Below, in pieces: positions 1 to 12,237 of a stretch of 38,504 nucleotides of DNA. The notes under the pieces were generated by a model that saw only the letters and a program-made list of their open reading frames with translations, had not been told where the DNA came from and searched no databases. A program made the translations under genes and the position numbers. Origin of the DNA: Octopus bimaculoides (Eukaryota); assembly GCF_001194135.2 (NCBI RefSeq), contig NC_068981.1, positions 122,431,937-122,470,440 of the forward strand, written 5' to 3'. Positions within the stretch are counted from its first letter, which is position 1. Every line of letters starts with the position of its first letter.

Positions 1-33
<33 letters not shown>

Positions 34-47
34 TTTTGTGTGTGTGC

Positions 48-80
<33 letters not shown>
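1..80. repeat. (TG)n/(TATG)n microsatellite
   Basis: Direct reading. It occupies the position of the internal microsatellite of the adjacent family A SINE. Confidence 0.95.
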
Positions 81-81
<1 letters not shown>

Positions 82-245
82 TCGATGAGCTTCTTTCAGT
101 TTTCGTCTATCAAATCCACTTACAAATGTACTGTAGGCCCAAAGCTATAGCAGAAGACACTTGCCCAAGATGCAATACATTGGGACTGAACCAGGAACCA
201 TGTGGTTGGGAAGGAAGCTTCTTACCACACAGGCACGCCTGCGCC
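81..245 (-). mobile_element. tRNA-derived SINE, family A, 5' half
   Basis: The minus strand reads GGCGCAGGCGTGCCTGTGTGGTAAGAAGC...CCTGGTTCAGTCCC (A/B-box-like), then CTTGGGCAAGTGTCTTCTGCTATAGC. It aligns along its length with 32591-32756. Confidence 0.85.
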
Positions 246-1016
246 CGCGCCAAATGTATCTATACTACATAAAGAGTTAATCTGAATTTTCCTTCCTTGC
301 TTGCAATGTTACACAGCCAAACTGGCGCATAATAGGAAAATATTATGAATTATGTTTACCTTGAAATGTTAAAACAAAGAGAATAAAATATGTTTCGCAT
401 AAATCGGACCAGTAGTTTTAGAGATATTAGAGGTTTTCGGGACTAAACCCCCCAAAGAAAGCAGAATTGAATATATTCCGAAATTAATCTTCATCATAAA
501 AGAGAAGAAACTCTTATATTTCTATTAGACACAGTGACCTGACAACGAATTTTCTTTTACAGTATATGTTTCTCCTTACGCCTTTGTTAAACACAATATT
601 TTAATCATTAAAAAATATTTTAAAGTGAATGTGATTTCAAAAATGTACAGTAAGTATTGATATTTTAGCTTTCTTTAAACAGACAATATTTTTATGCTTT
701 TTAAAATTATTTTTATGTGAATACTATTGCAAAATTTTTTTAGCATATTTCAAAAGTATTTTAAAGTGAAAATGACTTTAAAAATACGGTAAATATTTCG
801 TAAAAGACCCGTACGTAAACTCGGAGTGAACTAGAATGTTTCCATATTTTTTTTTAGTGCGGAATTGTGAAGTATATTTTCCACCTAAATGTGGCGGACA
901 GATAGGTGACGACGCTACTGTTGTTTCGCTCAGTGATTTATATTGCTTTTTCTCTTTTTCGATTCAGCGACAGTTTGTCACTGGAAAAAGTATATAGTAT
1001 TTTGCTTTGGGAGCGA

Positions 1017-1112
1017 GTTCTCATCGCTGGCTAGTGATTATCATACGCTGATGACGGGTTACTACCACAAAACCTGCGTCCGTGTGAATCGCGTAAGGCT
1101 AGAGATGAGAAC
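1017..1112 (+). ncRNA. Degenerate type I hammerhead-ribozyme-like motif, probably inactive (G12 to A)
   Basis: CATACG-CTGATGA-C-GGGT-TACT-ACCAC-AAAAC-CTGC-GTC-CGTGTG, with stem I 1042-1047/1081-1086 and outer pairings TGATT/AATCG and GTTCTCATC/GATGAGAAC. Confidence 0.45.
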
Positions 1113-2140
1113 GATGATTTCCCTTTCCAGGATTAATATGGATTAGTGTTCTACGTCATAAAAGTGGAAATATTTCAATATAATTTTATTGGGTAGCATC
1201 GTGAAAGGAAATATGTGGTAGTGTATAAACTCAAGAAATCGATCATGGACAATCGAATCGATTCCTAATTATAGAATGATGTCACCGGCGTGTAACGAAA
1301 CGCATCATGCATGCAACGCGTCGTCTAGCAAGGAAACAACGCCTTGTCTGACTTGCATAAAACAAAACGAACAAATTTTCAAAACCTTTCAATCGCACGT
1401 AATAGAAGATAACGTGTTTTTTTATTCAAAGACTCGCACGGAGAGAAAGTGAGTGGTAAATGGCGACATTAAATGCAGGCTGGAGCAACTGAAAGAATGA
1501 AATAAAAGTGGATGGATTATGTGCTGTAACACAGTTTTACGAGAAAATAATTTCAATTTAATGTCATATTTTATATTCGCAATCAAAGAAACAAAACACA
1601 AGATGAAAACACGGATACATGTTTATTTGAAGTTAGTGAACTTCAGATACACATACAGGTGTGAGTTAGGTGTGTGTGCGCGCGTATTAGAAGGCAATAC
1701 GCATCTATTCATTGAAATTTCTCATTCCCAATTATTACACTAGGTACGGAGTATAAACATAGCTACAGTTTCTTGCCTTTCAGAAACGGATTCTTAAGAG
1801 CATGAAATTTTGCAGAAAAATATTTTTAAGGAGGGTAGATTGTTTCAACCAAATTAAAATATGCTTTGGTAGAATTATCCTCCCCTCATATTTGTTTCTT
1901 TAATTCTGTTAAAAATGCATAATAGGAAACCGAAATTTTAGCCAATACACTTTCGTGGGTGTAGATTATGAATATGCTAAAATCTATAAATCAAAATTAG
2001 ATACAGAAAGTGCTTTGGAGTACTTTTAATGCAGCAACCCGATTTTATCCCATCTAATTTCAATAATGGTAGACTTTTTTTCCTATTTTGTCTTCATCGC
2101 CGTACTTTACACCGAAACAAATTTATTCCAGAAACATTTA

Positions 2141-2255
2141 AGCACAGGCGAGGCAAAGGGGTAAAACTTTGGTTTCTTAACAAGAAAGTTTCGGGTTCAA
2201 CCCTAACTTGGGAGAGTGTTTTCCACTATAGCCCCCGACTGAGTTCCTTAAAGTA
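2141..2255 (+). mobile_element. Degraded family A SINE head
   Basis: GCACAGGCG...TTCGGGTTCAACCC...CTTGGGAGAGTGTTTTCCACTATAGCC resembles the family A head at 81-245 and 32591-32756. Confidence 0.55.
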
Positions 2256-3648
2256 CTTTTGTTTTCAGTATATTTGAACTGATGTCTCAATTTATTCAAA
2301 TAAAATTCAGTTTAAGGAATTTATTTAAATAACATTCAGTTTAAGAAATTTAGGAGGAAAGAAAATTTATAATATACTCAAATATTGAGTTATCACTCAC
2401 ATGCTTACGCTTGTATAGAGTGTGTTTTCGAAAGAAAAAATGTGATATGTTGTTTCATATACATAATGTGCAAAATAATCAGCATATAGATGTATACCTT
2501 ACCACAGTAACTACTACAAATACAATTGAACGATAGGCATAGCTTTTCACAAAGATGACAGGAATATTCGTTCAGATTTCTCTATTTTACCTTAATGGCA
2601 GTGACCCAACATGGTTACAGCCTTGCTTTGAAACAGCATTCATGCATATCAAACGGTTGGTGTTCCCCACTAAATTTCTCTACCCATATTTTTTTGTGGA
2701 ATGTACTATGTATAAATGCAATATTGTAGGATAGATTTTCGAGAATCTAGTTTACTGTTATTGCGTTAAAACAATTTTTCTTCTTTGGATTTTTCCCGTA
2801 ATACATTTCCCGACTTCGTTACTACTATTTCCGAGCATATAGCAATTCACATTTTTTTCAGCTTTTTATGTGTGAAAAATCAACATATGAAATCTATATC
2901 GTCAAAGTCGTATTTGTGAAAATAACATTTAAATCTTATTAATTTATGACGAAAGGAATTCAGGAGGATGTAAGATGATACGAGAAGACGCTGAATGCTT
3001 TACACGAAAAACACTTTTAAGCATAATCGTAATGTTCAATTTCGAAAACTTATTTCTGTAGAATTCCATTGCAAAATATGCTATGTGGAAACACATTCGG
3101 AGAGACATTAAACACTAGCGATGATAAAGTCTTGCGCATTTGAAAAAGTGCGATAAATTTACGAATTATTATAATCTTCTATTAAATGCAGAGTGAAATA
3201 TTTCCAAGCAATAAATTTCTCAGTATTTCCTAAAATTAGCTTACATAGGTGGAACGTTTCTATCATCTCCTAATATAATAATGAGCGTAGTGGTTTTATA
3301 TATGTGTATGTATAAGCATTTGTCCAAAACCACGCAGAGAAAAGAGCAGCATAAGTGAAGGGAGAGGAGGGGAAATGGTAATTCAATGAAGGAGAAGTAG
3401 TGAGAGTGAGAACCCTGCCTGAGAGGTACAAGGAGAAAGTAATAGCAATGAGCGAAAGGAAGTGGCAAAGAGCGGTTGTGTATCATCTGTTTTTCTCCGT
3501 CACAACATATAAATGAGAAAGGAAAGAGTGACAGATGCATACCGGATGAACTGACTGGTACATTTGAAATCAATTTTTCCTCATCAGAGACATGTACTGC
3601 AATACCAGTTGGTCGTGCTGATAGTGTTATCAAGCATCCGAGCAAATT

Positions 3649-3778
3649 CAAAGTGCATTGTGTGTGATGCGTACGTTCCACTTGAACTCGAAAACTGAAT
3701 GTATATATATATATATATATATATACATTCAGTTTTCGAGTTCAAGTGGAACGTACGCATCACACACAATGCACTTTG
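3649..3778. repeat. Perfect 130-bp palindrome centred on (TA)n and ending at an assembly gap (likely artefact)
   Basis: CAAAGTGCATTG...GAATG(TA)nCATTC...CAATGCACTTTG, with no mismatches, followed immediately by Ns. Confidence 0.9.
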
Positions 3779-4495
3779 NNNNNNNNNNNNNNNNNNNNNN
3801 NNNNNNNNNNNNNNNNNNNNNNNNNNNNNNNNNNNNNNNNNNNNNNNNNNNNNNNNNNNNNNNNNNNNNNNNNNNNNNNNNNNNNNNNNNNNNNNNNNNN
3901 NNNNNNNNNNNNNNNNNNNNNNNNNNNNNNNNNNNNNNNNNNNNNNNNNNNNNNNNNNNNNNNNNNNNNNNNNNNNNNNNNNNNNNNNNNNNNNNNNNNN
4001 NNNNNNNNNNNNNNNNNNNNNNNNNNNNNNNNNNNNNNNNNNNNNNNNNNNNNNNNNNNNNNNNNNNNNNNNNNNNNNNNNNNNNNNNNNNNNNNNNNNN
4101 NNNNNNNNNNNNNNNNNNNNNNNNNNNNNNNNNNNNNNNNNNNNNNNNNNNNNNNNNNNNNNNNNNNNNNNNNNNNNNNNNNNNNNNNNNNNNNNNNNNN
4201 NNNNNNNNNNNNNNNNNNNNNNNNNNNNNNNNNNNNNNNNNNNNNNNNNNNNNNNNNNNNNNNNNNNNNNNNNNNNNNNNNNNNNNNNNNNNNNNNNNNN
4301 NNNNNNNNNNNNNNNNNNNNNNNNNNNNNNNNNNNNNNNNNNNNNNNNNNNNNNNNNNNNNNNNNNNNNNNNNNNNNNNNNNNNNNNNNNNNNNNNNNNN
4401 NNNNNNNNNNNNNNNNNNNNNNNNNNNNNNNNNNNNNNNNNNNNNNNNNNNNNNNNNNNNNNNNNNNNNNNNNNNNNNNNNNNNNNNNNNNNNNN
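3779..4495. other. Assembly gap (717 N)
   Basis: N run. Confidence 1.
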
Positions 4496-5165
4496 TATAT
4501 ACATATATGGATGTACACATAAACAGTTATATAATCGTGTGTATACGTTTGTGTGCTTTTGTGTGTATGTGCGTGTATGTTCGTATGTGAATGTGTGTGT
4601 GTGTGTGTGCGTGTGTGTGTGTGTGTGTGTGTGCATGTATGTGTGTATGTTCAGTAAGTACTCTTGCTACTTATTCAACGCTGTATGAAATCTAATAATG
4701 CAACGACTATCACTGTTTGAATGTTGCACAATCATTTACTTGTGTACAGCGTATAGCACATGAGTGGACTTACGCTGCTAAACTGCAGTTTTACCATTCA
4801 AGTTACCTGTATTTAATTTGTTCTCACAAGGCTTATGCTTATCTCAAATGCAATTAATGCAAACTATAGAAAAGTTATAAAATGGATTACTTAAATATTT
4901 GTAATAGGAGATTTCCTGTGGAATAAGAAGAAATATCAATCGATGTATAACTGACGCAAATCAAATGGAACCGGTATTATCTTTTCATTAAAAAATGCAA
5001 GTGTGAATTATGTTGAAGGGAGAAAATTTCGAAAGCACGAGACTTTCTGAAATCCGGATATATTCGATATGTGTAATTTTATTGTACGTACATAATGATA
5101 TCATACATATCTGTATGTCTGTATGTATGTATATAAAATGTCTGTATATACGTATAATGTATATA

Positions 5166-6606
5166 CAGTAGCAAACATAATATAAGGGTCAGTAAGAACA
5201 ATTGTATAGAAATAGTTATTATAGAAGACTAGTAACCCGTTGAGACTAGATATGTCGCATACATTTAGATATAGCCTATATCTATCGTTTGTGAAAATGT
5301 CATGTGAATGGAATAAATATTTTGTAAGTTATGACGAAATAAACAATCTTCCAAATTGCAGCGGTAAAAAAAGTTAGATGTTACTTAGAAAAAAAATGAG
5401 GTATTTGTTGTTTAGAAGATTTTTAATTGGCTAACGGTTACTTCTCATGATTTTACATTATCGGAACATTGAACTGTCAACATGACAATTGTAGCTTGTT
5501 TTAAGTCATCAGAATCGACAGATGCTAAACCCCAAGCCGGGTAGACCTCGTAAAATTTCACCAAGACAGGATTGTTTTATGGTTAAAATGTCACTGGAGG
5601 ATAGGTTTAAGAGTGCTGCTGGGATACCCCGCGCTGTGAATGTATAGCACAAAACAGTTTCTCAGAGATTACGATGTTCTAGGTTGCTTGCCTGGGTACC
5701 TCCAAACGGAATCAAAGAGCCCGTCTTCATTTCACTCACTAACTGGTCGTTTGGACAGAAGAGTGATCGCAGGTTCGTTTTAGTGATGAATCGAAGTTTA
5801 ATGTGATTGGTTCCGATGGCAGATGTACGTCCGACGAAGAAGTGGCGAAAGGCTATCTCGTGCACGTGTGAAGAAAATAGTGAAATATGGAGGAGGCAGT
5901 GTAATGGTATAGAGAGTGATCCCTGATGCTGGTCTGGGTCCTTTTATTTGCCTACAAGGGACTGTGGATGCTGAAATCTACAAGCAGATTCATAGACAGC
6001 ATGCCCTTCCGCATCTCCGTTCCCTGTCAGTTCAACCTCTTTTCTTCGTGCAGAACACCGATCCCTGTCATACTGCAAAGAGAGTCAAATTTTTTGAGTA
6101 ATGAAGGGGTTGATCTCATGGACTGGCCACCTCAAAGTCCCGATCTCAACCCTATAGAGAACGCTTGGCAGATTCTTGGAGATGGGCCGCGAAGGAGAAA
6201 TCCAAAGAACCGAGATGAACTCTGGGAATTATTGAAAAACGAATGGAGCAATATTATTCCATCATGTTGGAAGAAATTAAATCAGTCCTGTGGTAACAGT
6301 TGTCCGGAAGTCATTGATAGTAAAAGGATGTTCACAAAATATTAAAAGTTTTTTTTTGTTCTTGCTCCATTTTTTATTGTTTTTTTTTAAGTGAACCTTA
6401 ACTTTTGGCCGTTGCAGTTTGGAAGATTATTTGTTTCTTTCCTCATAACTTACGAAATATTTATTCCATTCACTTTACATTTTAACGAAAGTTAAATATT
6501 AGTTATGTCTAAGCATGTGTAAAATATCTAGGCTCAAAGTCTTTTCACTCTAATAAATATTTCAATATACTTGTTTTTACTGACTCATATATTATGGCCG
6601 CTACTG
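5166..6606 (+). mobile_element. Tc1-family DNA transposon, near full length, decayed, with TIRs of about 230 bp
   Basis: TA|CAGTAGC at the left end and GCTACTG|TA at the right end (TA target duplication). 5166-~5395 aligns with the reverse complement of ~6375-6606. A transposase remnant lies inside. Confidence 0.92.
5482..6345 (+). pseudogene. Frameshifted Tc1 (DD34E-type) transposase
   Basis: Motifs across frames: KPGRPRKIS, FSDESKFN (~5779), GGSVMV, QNTDPCHTAKRV (QDNxPCH site with D changed to N), WPPQSPDLNPIENAW and terminal FTKY-stop at 6345. Confidence 0.9.
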
Positions 6607-6862
6607 TATGTACCCATGTGTGTAAATTCATATGAAAATATACCATCTTCGGTGTAAAAAGAAAGACCGGTGAAATTGCATTACAGCCTGAACCAAAAGT
6701 AAAAAGAAAACATGCTGTTTATTCTGAAAGTAATAGTTGGCTGTTCTTTTTATTCTCTATACCTCTTCTGACAATTTGAAAAATTTGCATTGGAACGTTG
6801 CATTTTACAATTTTGATAATATATACAATTTTATGCCTACATCATGTTGTCTAGTTATACAC

Positions 6863-6991
6863 AGTAGCAGCAGTAGTAGTAGTAGCAGTAGTAGCAATAG
6901 TAGTAGTAGTAGTAGCAGTAGTAGTAGTAGCAGTAGTAGTAGTAGCAGTAGTAGCAGCAGCAGCAGTAGCAGTAGTAGTAGTAGTAGCAGT
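6863..6991. repeat. (AGT/AGC)n trinucleotide microsatellite
   Basis: Direct reading. It explains the poly-Ser and poly-Tyr/Cys ORFs. Confidence 0.95.
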
Positions 6992-7672
6992 CATGTTTGA
7001 TTTCTGACAGTATGTCTGTAACTATCGCATCCACGTCAGCGGTATTTTCAGAAATGCAATATTTTATTGTTTTCTTTTTCGTAGGAACAGTGTGCCTGGT
7101 TTGTGAAGAATTTGAATGATATTTCAACAATTATTTCAAACATGTCAATGCTTCTCAGTTGTCTTGCTTATTAAGTAGAAATTAGCTGAACTTATTGTTA
7201 ATTGTCATTGAATTAATCACTGATAATTATGTATTATACCCAAGAAGTACGTGGGCATTATGAATTTATAAACATCGTATATACATTCTTGTTATTAGTG
7301 GCTTTATAACCGGTATCTCTTTATTTAGCATATTTTATTTAAAGGACATAAACAGATTGTAATTCTGTAATTGATACACGACGTAATTAGGATAATATTC
7401 GATTCAATTATGTGATATAATATATCATTTTGTAAATGATTATTCTTATTGAGATCAGTTCTTCATAATACTTCTCACTCAAAGTTATATTTCATGCCAC
7501 GTAATTCAGCTAAGAATATAATTGGCAGAAGATGGAATGAGTTGCCTTTCAGAAGATTTTGCAAACAACATTAATGATTAACTAGAAGAAACAATTTCCT
7601 ACTCTCTTATTAAAAACCTGAAACTCCGAAGAGATTTTGCATTTTCCTATTTATTTCGACATACGTATGAAT

Positions 7673-7704
<32 letters not shown>

Positions 7705-7732
7705 ACACACACACATACACATATATATATAT

Positions 7733-8290
7733 NNNNNNNNNNNNNNNNNNNNNNNNNNNNNNNNNNNNNNNNNNNNNNNNNNNNNNNNNNNNNNNNNNNN
7801 NNNNNNNNNNNNNNNNNNNNNNNNNNNNNNNNNNNNNNNNNNNNNNNNNNNNNNNNNNNNNNNNNNNNNNNNNNNNNNNNNNNNNNNNNNNNNNNNNNNN
7901 NNNNNNNNNNNNNNNNNNNNNNNNNNNNNNNNNNNNNNNNNNNNNNNNNNNNNNNNNNNNNNNNNNNNNNNNNNNNNNNNNNNNNNNNNNNNNNNNNNNN
8001 NNNNNNNNNNNNNNNNNNNNNNNNNNNNNNNNNNNNNNNNNNNNNNNNNNNNNNNNNNNNNNNNNNNNNNNNNNNNNNNNNNNNNNNNNNNNNNNNNNNN
8101 NNNNNNNNNNNNNNNNNNNNNNNNNNNNNNNNNNNNNNNNNNNNNNNNNNNNNNNNNNNNNNNNNNNNNNNNNNNNNNNNNNNNNNNNNNNNNNNNNNNN
8201 NNNNNNNNNNNNNNNNNNNNNNNNNNNNNNNNNNNNNNNNNNNNNNNNNNNNNNNNNNNNNNNNNNNNNNNNNNNNNNNNNNNNNNNNNN
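7733..8290. other. Assembly gap (558 N)
   Basis: N run after (CA)n(TA)n. Confidence 1.
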
Positions 8291-11200
8291 NAATAAATAA
8301 GGACTCCACCAGCCCTTTCTTCTTTGTGAAAAGGCCCTCATTTATTTTGAAACATATATGTAGGAATTAAAGGATCTTTCATCGACATGCGTTTTGCTCC
8401 ATTTGTTGTTATTATCCATATATATATATATATATATATATATCTTCTTCGTTGTTTTTTGAATGTATATATATATATGTATGTATGTATGTATATACAT
8501 ATATACATATATATGTATATACATACACACAACCACACACTCACATACACACAGACACAGACACATAAACACACATATGTATATATAATATTTTTTTTCC
8601 TTTATTTTGAAAGTTTTCGTGTTACAAATAGCAATATTACAAATTGTAATCGTTTAAAATTAAATATATCGTGAGACTGAATATAAAACAAATAGTTTAT
8701 GCGATTTCCATAAGCTAGTTTGGTCGAAAATACTTTTCCTTCTTTTGTTTGGAACGCAAAAGTTAGCGTTATCAGAAAATTGATACATTTCTGCAGAATA
8801 TTTTATGTGCATATTGATTGAGTTGCCCCACAATTTTAATTCAGTTTTGATCCTTGTACGTATACCAATCTATTAATCTTCTATTTTTACAACTTCTTCC
8901 TTTTCCCGTCCGTTGCCCGTTGCAAGTTTTAAAGATAATCTCGAATTACTAATTATATATATATACGATTTTGTCTATCTTTAGTCATTCATCGGAGTTG
9001 TCGGCTTTGGAGTTGAACACAATTCGAATTTGAATGCATTTATTTACCTAAGTATCTCTTCATAGCACAATCGAAATGATCAATGATGCACATTATTAGT
9101 TTTAATTTTTAGGTCCTCTTTCAATAACAATGAGAGCAACAATAGCGAAAACTAAAATGACAACATTATTGAACGTAGTAGCATGAATAGAAATCCTGAA
9201 ATGCAATAATAGCGAAAAGAAAGACTACAGTTGTCGATTATCAGTAATAAATGCTAACGAGTACTTCTTATCGAATTGGAAATTAAAAAATAACAGAGAT
9301 AAAAAAGAGGAAAAATAAACATACACATATATCTATGTCACTATAACAATTGCAAAAGCAAAACTAAAAAAAGTTAAAAGTCTCGATCTCCACTAATGCG
9401 TTGATTTTGTTGATGTGAATAGGCAGACGGCTACAGAGTAGAAGAAAAGACACTTAGCTATATGGTTAAAGTGTAACAACACCGTTATGCTCACTACGGG
9501 ATGTAAGACAATACAAACGAAAAAGATACGATATACACAGCTGTTCAAATTACACCACTGACACGAACATATATATTTATATAGGTATGTATGATGAATA
9601 CAGAAGTTATAGATGGACATTTTCAAGTTTTATGCTTGGATAATGCAACAACCTAGCCGGTTTGTACTGTGTAACATGCATGGTTCAAGTAACTATCTAC
9701 TCTGTGAAAAAATCGAGACATAAATAAAAAAAACGAGAAAAAACAAGAAGAATCCATCAAGAATCATGCTAAACAGACGGGAAATAAACCCGTTCATGAA
9801 GAATTTTCTTAAGTTTGATTGTCTACATCTCAAGAAAACTATACAATACGGCGTTAGTAATATTCGAGAGAAAGGATGACGTTCGTTAAACCCCTTGTCA
9901 AATTAGGTGAGGAAATTAGGTCTTCCAGTTCAAATGCTGTAACTTGTCAAAATGGATACAAATTATGATAGCGTCTTCAATCTAATCAGGATGTGCGTTT
10001 TTACTGTCAAGCTGATGATTGAAATTTAAAGGATACATCTTTTAGCCGTGAAATTAATATTGAATAACTGCACGACACAAAAAGATAATAAAAAAGCTTA
10101 TGTATATTCATAGGCAGAGATTGAATCGAAATACAAATACTGATAAGTATTTGTATTTGATAAGTCAGAACAAATGTCAATATGTAACATTTATTTCAAG
10201 ATTGATGGTTATGGGACAGGATTACAATGTATTTCCGAAGTCACTTTGCAACACTTGCTTACAGTCTAAATTTTTCTGACTGGGTTCTTGTGAAAACGTT
10301 GTTAAAACTGTCGTCGATTTGATGAACGCATTGCGGATAGAGTTTGACTGAGAGAAACTCTGAGCAAGACATTGATACTTGTGTAGAGATTTAAATACAT
10401 GAGTAAATTCCCTCCCAGATATCATTGATCAAACTTAAGACTTGATACAACTGCAGATACAGTGTCATCCCTAAATGGCAGATATCTTTTAGTTTAGAAG
10501 CATCTATGTTTTTATCGGTCTAAAACTCAGTGTTATTTCACAGTAGCTAAAATAATCTATCACCTCCATATATAGTTTCCGATTTAATCACAAGGCCAGT
10601 AGAGACTAACTGGGGTCGATTCACTTGATAGTCAATGAAGTACTGGAATCGCTTAATAACCCAATTTCTAACAATTACTTAAATATAGGGTTTTAGTGAT
10701 TGTAATACAGGACTATATGTAGGTGAGGATGTATATGATTAAACCTGTATCGTACACTTGGCGTCCATCCTCTATATAAGGTCTTAACCATTATCCCACC
10801 ATTGAAAGTCAGTACGTTAAGGTCGATAATATACTGGAGAAAAAGTATTTAACTTTATGAACTCACATTGCTTGTGACTAAAATATGTAAATCTGTAAAC
10901 GATATTTTAAAATAAGCTACGTATATGTCTACATTTAAACTTGTTTCAACGCTGTATTAAGTACAGATTAGCAAGGTCTTCGCGTCAGTGATATATTATA
11001 TCTGTAAATATGTTATTTAATATTTAAATACTGCAAGTGTCTTTTACTACTCAAATCCGTGTACAAGGCTGTACTTAAAAATCCTTCCATAATTATCTTT
11101 GCAATGAAATACGGTCATTATATCAATTAAGACATTACATTTCCAATTATGACTCCTTTACTTCCCCAAATGATTAAAATATTAGTTATTGAAAAATATT

Positions 11201-11491
11201 GTTTCTTTCTTCACTGCGTAATAATTACTTCTAATTTGCTTCTAAATATGCCCTACATAAAATAACTTTACTGCTCATCAACTATTATGCAGCATTGTTC
11301 TTTTAGCAATTCAGAAGCAAACTACAAGTAATTACATGGTGATGAATTAGAGATTTAACCTCCAGTTACGATTAGAATTCCTGTGTATGCATTACTTTCA
11401 AATCTTACAACAGCACTACCAATTTTCTCATTGTTAGTTGGAGATTCTGCCATCATGTCTTTGTCATGTTCAGCTGTCACCTGCCACATAA

Positions 11492-11620
11492 CCTCCTCCT
11501 CCTCCTTTTCATCATCACTGCCATCATCCTCATTATGATCACCAAGACCACGAACACCATCACCATCACCACCACCACTACCAACAACACCACCGCCACC
11601 ACCACCACAACCTTCTTCTT
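11492..11620. repeat. Degenerate (CTC/CAT/CAC/CAA/CTT)n trinucleotide tract
   Basis: Direct reading. Confidence 0.85.
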
Positions 11621-11691
11621 CTATCTTTCGTTTCTGATTTTCATCTTAACTATTTCCTTTACTCTTCTCTCCACACACACACTTACTCATC

Positions 11692-12063
11692 GTTGTTGTT
11701 GGCACTCCGTCGAGGGTCCACTTGATCCGATTAATGGAACAGCCTGCTCGTGAAATTAATATGCAAGTGGCTGAGCACTCCACAGGCACATGTACCCTTA
11801 ACGTAGTTATCAGGTATATTCAGCGTGAGACAGTGTGACAAGGCTGGCCCTTTGAATTACAGGCACAACAGAAACAGGAAGTAAGAGTGAGAGAAAGTTG
11901 TGGTGAAAGAGTACAGCAGGGTTCGCCACCATCCCCTGCCGGAGCCTCGTGGAGCTTTGGGTGTTTTTGCTCAATAAACACACACAACGCCCGGTCTGGG
12001 AATCGAAACCGCGATCCTATGACCGCGTGTCCGCTGCCCTAACCAATGGGCCATTGCGCCTCC
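11692..12063 (-). mobile_element. tRNA-derived SINE, family D, apparently full length
   Basis: Minus-strand head GGAGGCGCAATGGCCCATTGGTTAGGGCAG...GGTTTCGATTCCC has a perfect D-stem (GCCC/GGGC) and a B-box. It is followed by a GC-rich body and an (AAC)n tail ending at about 11692. Confidence 0.85.
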
Positions 12064-12116
12064 GCATTTACACATCGTATGCATATAAACATACACGTAC
12101 ATTATATACATGAAAA

Positions 12117-12237
12117 TCAACTTTGCCTTTCCTCTTTTCAGGCCCGATGAAATTCGTAACAATTATGCACTGAGGTTGATATAATCAACAAGCTTTTCTC
12201 TCAAATTCGATCTTTCTGCTTATTGTAGAAAAGATGC
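12117..12237 (+). mobile_element. Degraded family B SINE body
   Basis: TCAACTTTGCCTTTCCTCTTTTCAGGCCCGATGAAATTCGTAAC...CTGAGGTTGATATAATCAAC matches the family B core TTTGCCTTTCATCCTTTCGGGGTCGAT...AAGTACCAG. Confidence 0.55.

Noticed and set aside
806-834. Hairpin plus CTAG resembling a Helitron 3' end
   Set aside because: The stem is weak, CTAG is followed by A rather than T, and no 5' end was found.
1270-1312. ATGATGT-CAC/GTG-CGAAAC-GC-ATC as a tandem second hammerhead (retrozyme-like spacing from 1048)
   Set aside because: Three core positions differ, there is no stem I and the flanks do not resemble the first motif.
3241-3681. 146-aa minus-strand ORF
   Set aside because: It has no recognisable domain, its start lies in the suspect palindrome and much of it is the antisense of a GA-rich tract.
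3584-4688. Long ORFs of 250-395 aa here and across the other gaps
   Set aside because: They consist of X from N runs plus microsatellite translations (YIYI, HTHT, CVCV).
6737-7130. Poly-Ser and Tyr/Cys ORFs, and a strong acceptor at 7084
   Set aside because: The ORFs come from the trinucleotide repeat. All frames after the acceptor stop within 30 codons and there is no good donor.
10222-10470. Minus-strand ORF with a GTAAGC donor
   Set aside because: No acceptor gives a stop-free frame and no homology was recognised.
12121-12141. Strong-looking polypyrimidine acceptor
   Set aside because: It is the pyrimidine-rich core of a degraded family B SINE.
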